Source: a virus (taxonomy: Duplodnaviria > Caudoviricetes). Taken from it: a stretch of 56,744 nucleotides of DNA. Where the stretch lies: positions 1-56,744 of the IMG/VR virus record IMGVR_UViG_3300048016_000009. One strand, written 5' to 3'. This document shows, piece by piece, positions 54,253 to 56,744 of this stretch. A program made the translations under genes and the position numbers. The notes under the pieces were generated by a model, which saw nothing but the letters and a program-made list of their open reading frames with translations, ran no database searches and had not been told where the DNA came from. Position 1 is the stretch's first letter, and each line of letters starts with the position of its first letter.

Positions 54253-56744
54253 CTATTGCCGACGACTTGCAAGACCACCCTTCGCCAGCTTTGGCACAAA
54301 CTTCCTCACCTCATCCAATGGTTTGACTCGTTTGCTTTCGTCAACCGCTGTAGAGATTGCAGGTTCCGACTGTTGAAACTTCTTCAACTTGTCGCTGAGT
54401 TCATACAGATTCTGTGCTTTCTGTTTTGCTCCACCATCCCACAAAATATCACCGACCTCCCGCATCTGACGTTGAATACCTGAGTAGTCTGCAAAGAAGT
54501 TGATAGCAGCTTGATACTGCTGACCAAGACCAGACTTCGTAGATGTTGCCGATGCCATGTCCAGATAACTATTCATCAAGTCTTTGATGCCAGTGTAGGA
54601 CATGTATGCCAGCTTCATCTTCTCTTTAGGGTTTGGATTGGTACGAGCAAGCTTCATGTACTCCGATATAACTTCCTCTTCACCCTTCATTGTTGCTCGA
54701 CTCAGCCCTTTGCCACCAGTCTCCAGCACTTGAGCAACATCCTTTTCACCACTACGCAACTTAGCGTTAGCACCCTTGACGCGAAGCTTCTCAGCCTCCA
54801 ACATCATGTCTTCAGTTTCTAAGAAGCCAGCGCGAGGCAGACCAATAGGACGAACAACACCGGGTGCGCCAGTGACAGCGCGAAGGATTGTGTTCAAGTC
54901 TTTGTTGTCATACTTCTCAGGGGCCATGTTGATTTTGTTGAACACATAATCAGCATAAGGAATCTCTGTAACAACATAGTTCTCTGGTCTTGTTCCACCA
55001 AACGGTGTGCCTCGGAAGCCAAGGTTCAGGTCTTTAGTGAACGATGGAGCACCCACCATCATTTCAGAATGGAAGAATTCGTCACGCTTGGATGGGTCTG
55101 TGAAGCCTGACTTCTTCAGTGTATCCACATCTTCAGTAACACCTTGACCGTGGAATAGCTTCACAGGTGGTACATCCTTGTACTTCTCACGCAAAACATC
55201 AAGACGTTTCTGATACTGAGTAGCCAGCTTCATAGCGTCAGCAAGCATCTCAGGGTCTTTAGGGTTGAGTTCAACACCACGTGAGTAGCGATAGTCACCC
55301 AACACCACACCCAAGACATCATCATCTACTGAAGCAAACTTGTCGTTGTTACGCATCTTAAAGAAGCTGTCTTCGCGTGTCTCTTTAATGGCAGCAACTG
55401 CGGCATTACGTTGAGAAACACTGGTCTTCTTAGCGATAGAGTTGGCATCACCAGACAAATACTTAGGGTCTACACCGTACTCGTCAGCAACTGGTTCAGC
55501 TTTCTTGACAACAGCTTTGCCACCAACACTGACAGGATTACCGTCAATGTCATATTCAACTTCATCCACCAAAGACTCAGCAGCTTCGTCAGTCTTCTTG
55601 GCAAAAGGCTGTGGTGGCATCTCAGAAAACTTCAGCCCTTTAGCTTGACCAGTGAAGCTGTGCAGGGTATTCTCATAGTCTTCAGGGTTGGCAACCTTCC
55701 AACTCTTCAACTGTGCAGGCGTATACATCTCCAGCATAGCCTCTTCACCCATGATGTAGTCTTCATCAGCAAAGGCTTTAGAGGGCGTAGGAGCCTCTAT
55801 TGTCTTTGCCGCAGGGGTAGGTAGGGCTTCATCCATTTGATTCAACACAGGCGCTTCTGGTGGCTTTGCTGCCATTTCAGGAAGCATAGGCGTTGGCTTT
55901 GCTGTAGCTTTAGGAAGCATAGGCTTCTTCATCAACATGTTTGCAGTCTGATCCATCGCTGGAGATGTTGTTGTCTCAGACAATCGCTTGTTGATGATGT
56001 CGTCAATGGCGACAGTCTCAACTGGCGCAGCACTCTTCAATCGTTTAGCTGTGTCCAATACAGACTCAGCAGCACCACCAACAATCTTCTTACCAACAAC
56101 TTTAGCTGCTGCCAATCCACCAAGGGCGTATGTAGAAACAAGACCACCTTTAGCGAATGCCAAGTTACCCAACATGGCGTTGTACTTGTCAACAGCTTTG
56201 TAGTCTTTGGCCTCTTCCAAAGTTACACCATTGTTGTCTTTGGCATAACGTTCGTTGATGACCTTACGCTGATCCTGTGACAGCTTATCAAACTGCATCT
56301 TCTTAACACGAAGAATGTCTTCAGACATGAATTTACCATCTGTCTTGTCACGAGCAATACCTGTAACGTCACGCACAACGTTTGTCAATGCAAGCTTCTG
56401 TTCTGTTGGAGACAATGCTTGATAGCGTTTGTTAGCGGTGGTGCGCTCAATAGCGTTAATAACCATTGGATTAGCAGCTTCAACAAAGGCACGATCATAC
56501 AAACGATCACCCGATGATGGGCCATACAGTTTGAATGGATCAATGCCGAGTCGAACAATCTCTTTCTCAGCAGGAGTCTTTGCTGGTGTCTCACGCACAC
56601 CGACCAAGCTGTAAAAGAATTCACCTTCCTTGTACACTGGACCTTCACGCAAACGTGGAACAGCTTCAGGCAAAGATTCTTTAGCAACTGGTAACTTAGA
56701 CTGCACACGATTGACAGCAGCTTCAATGAAACGATCACCACTGT
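54253..56744 (-). CDS. C-terminal part of the ~1742-aa internal virion protein (starts at 2864)
   Basis: The 817-aa ORF is in frame with 1-2864 across the join; contains FAKGG/YALGG, an ART-like segment and terminal LAKGGLASRRQ. Confidence 0.8.
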   Translation of the reverse strand, partial: SGDRFIEAAVNRVQSKLPVAKESLPEAVPRLREGPVYKEGEFFYSLVGVRETPAKTPAEKEIVRLGIDPFKLYGPSSGDRLYDRAFVEAANPMVINAIERTTANKRYQALSPTEQKLALTNVVRDVTGIARDKTDGKFMSEDILRVKKMQFDKLSQDQRKVINERYAKDNNGVTLEEAKDYKAVDKYNAMLGNLAFAKGGLVSTYALGGLAAAKVVGKKIVGGAAESVLDTAKRLKSAAPVETVAIDDIINKRLSETTTSPAMDQTANMLMKKPMLPKATAKPTPMLPEMAAKPPEAPVLNQMDEALPTPAAKTIEAPTPSKAFADEDYIMGEEAMLEMYTPAQLKSWKVANPEDYENTLHSFTGQAKGLKFSEMPPQPFAKKTDEAAESLVDEVEYDIDGNPVSVGGKAVVKKAEPVADEYGVDPKYLSGDANSIAKKTSVSQRNAAVAAIKETREDSFFKMRNNDKFASVDDDVLGVVLGDYRYSRGVELNPKDPEMLADAMKLATQYQKRLDVLREKYKDVPPVKLFHGQGVTEDVDTLKKSGFTDPSKRDEFFHSEMMVGAPSFTKDLNLGFRGTPFGGTRPENYVVTEIPYADYVFNKINMAPEKYDNKDLNTILRAVTGAPGVVRPIGLPRAGFLETEDMMLEAEKLRVKGANAKLRSGEKDVAQVLETGGKGLSRATMKGEEEVISEYMKLARTNPNPKEKMKLAYMSYTGIKDLMNSYLDMASATSTKSGLGQQYQAAINFFADYSGIQRQMREVGDILWDGGAKQKAQNLYELSDKLKKFQQSEPAISTAVDESKRVKPLDEVRKFVPKLAKGGLASRRQ
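56618..56744. repeat. 127-bp exact terminal overlap (copy 2)
   Basis: Identical to bases 1-127. Confidence 0.95.

Overview
The window is a complete, circularly assembled genome of a tailed dsDNA phage with a podovirus-like gene set. Bases 1-127 repeat exactly at 56618-56744, giving a unit length of 56,617 bp, and one gene of about 1742 aa runs across the join. There are two oppositely transcribed arms. The minus arm (27.0 kb down to 1, continuing 56.6-54.25 kb) carries small basic proteins, terminase, portal, scaffold, major capsid protein, tail adaptor/nozzle, fibres, a lysis cassette and large internal-virion proteins. The plus arm (28.0-54.2 kb) carries repeated sigma70 promoter cassettes with small early genes, DUF932, an ADP-ribosylglycohydrolase, a tyrosine recombinase, ThyX, a T7-type primase-helicase, a family-B DNA polymerase, SSB, exonuclease, RNA ligase, MazG-like protein, NrdAB, PhoH, a CX5R phosphatase and tRNAs. 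The arms diverge at a noncoding region near 27.2-27.95 kb and converge on a bidirectional terminator at 54201-54230. From memory only, the capsid and layout resemble HMO-2011-type phages. The main observations are: (1) a short [MLFY]-A-x-G-G peptide motif occurs nine times in five unrelated late proteins, plus a stand-alone tape-measure-like FAEGG...DDIPAQLSEGEF protein, suggesting a capsid-targeting or processing tag system; (2) an ADP-ribosyltransferase-like module sits on the largest virion protein, and the genome also encodes a glycohydrolase; (3) the early promoter cassettes have covarying hairpins, triloop-sequestered Shine-Dalgarno sites and a boxA-containing structured leader; (4) PolB sits in a PolA-type replication module; (5) there is an atypical tRNA-Trp and a degenerate tRNA-like element. 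All functional calls come from reading motifs by eye; no searches were run.
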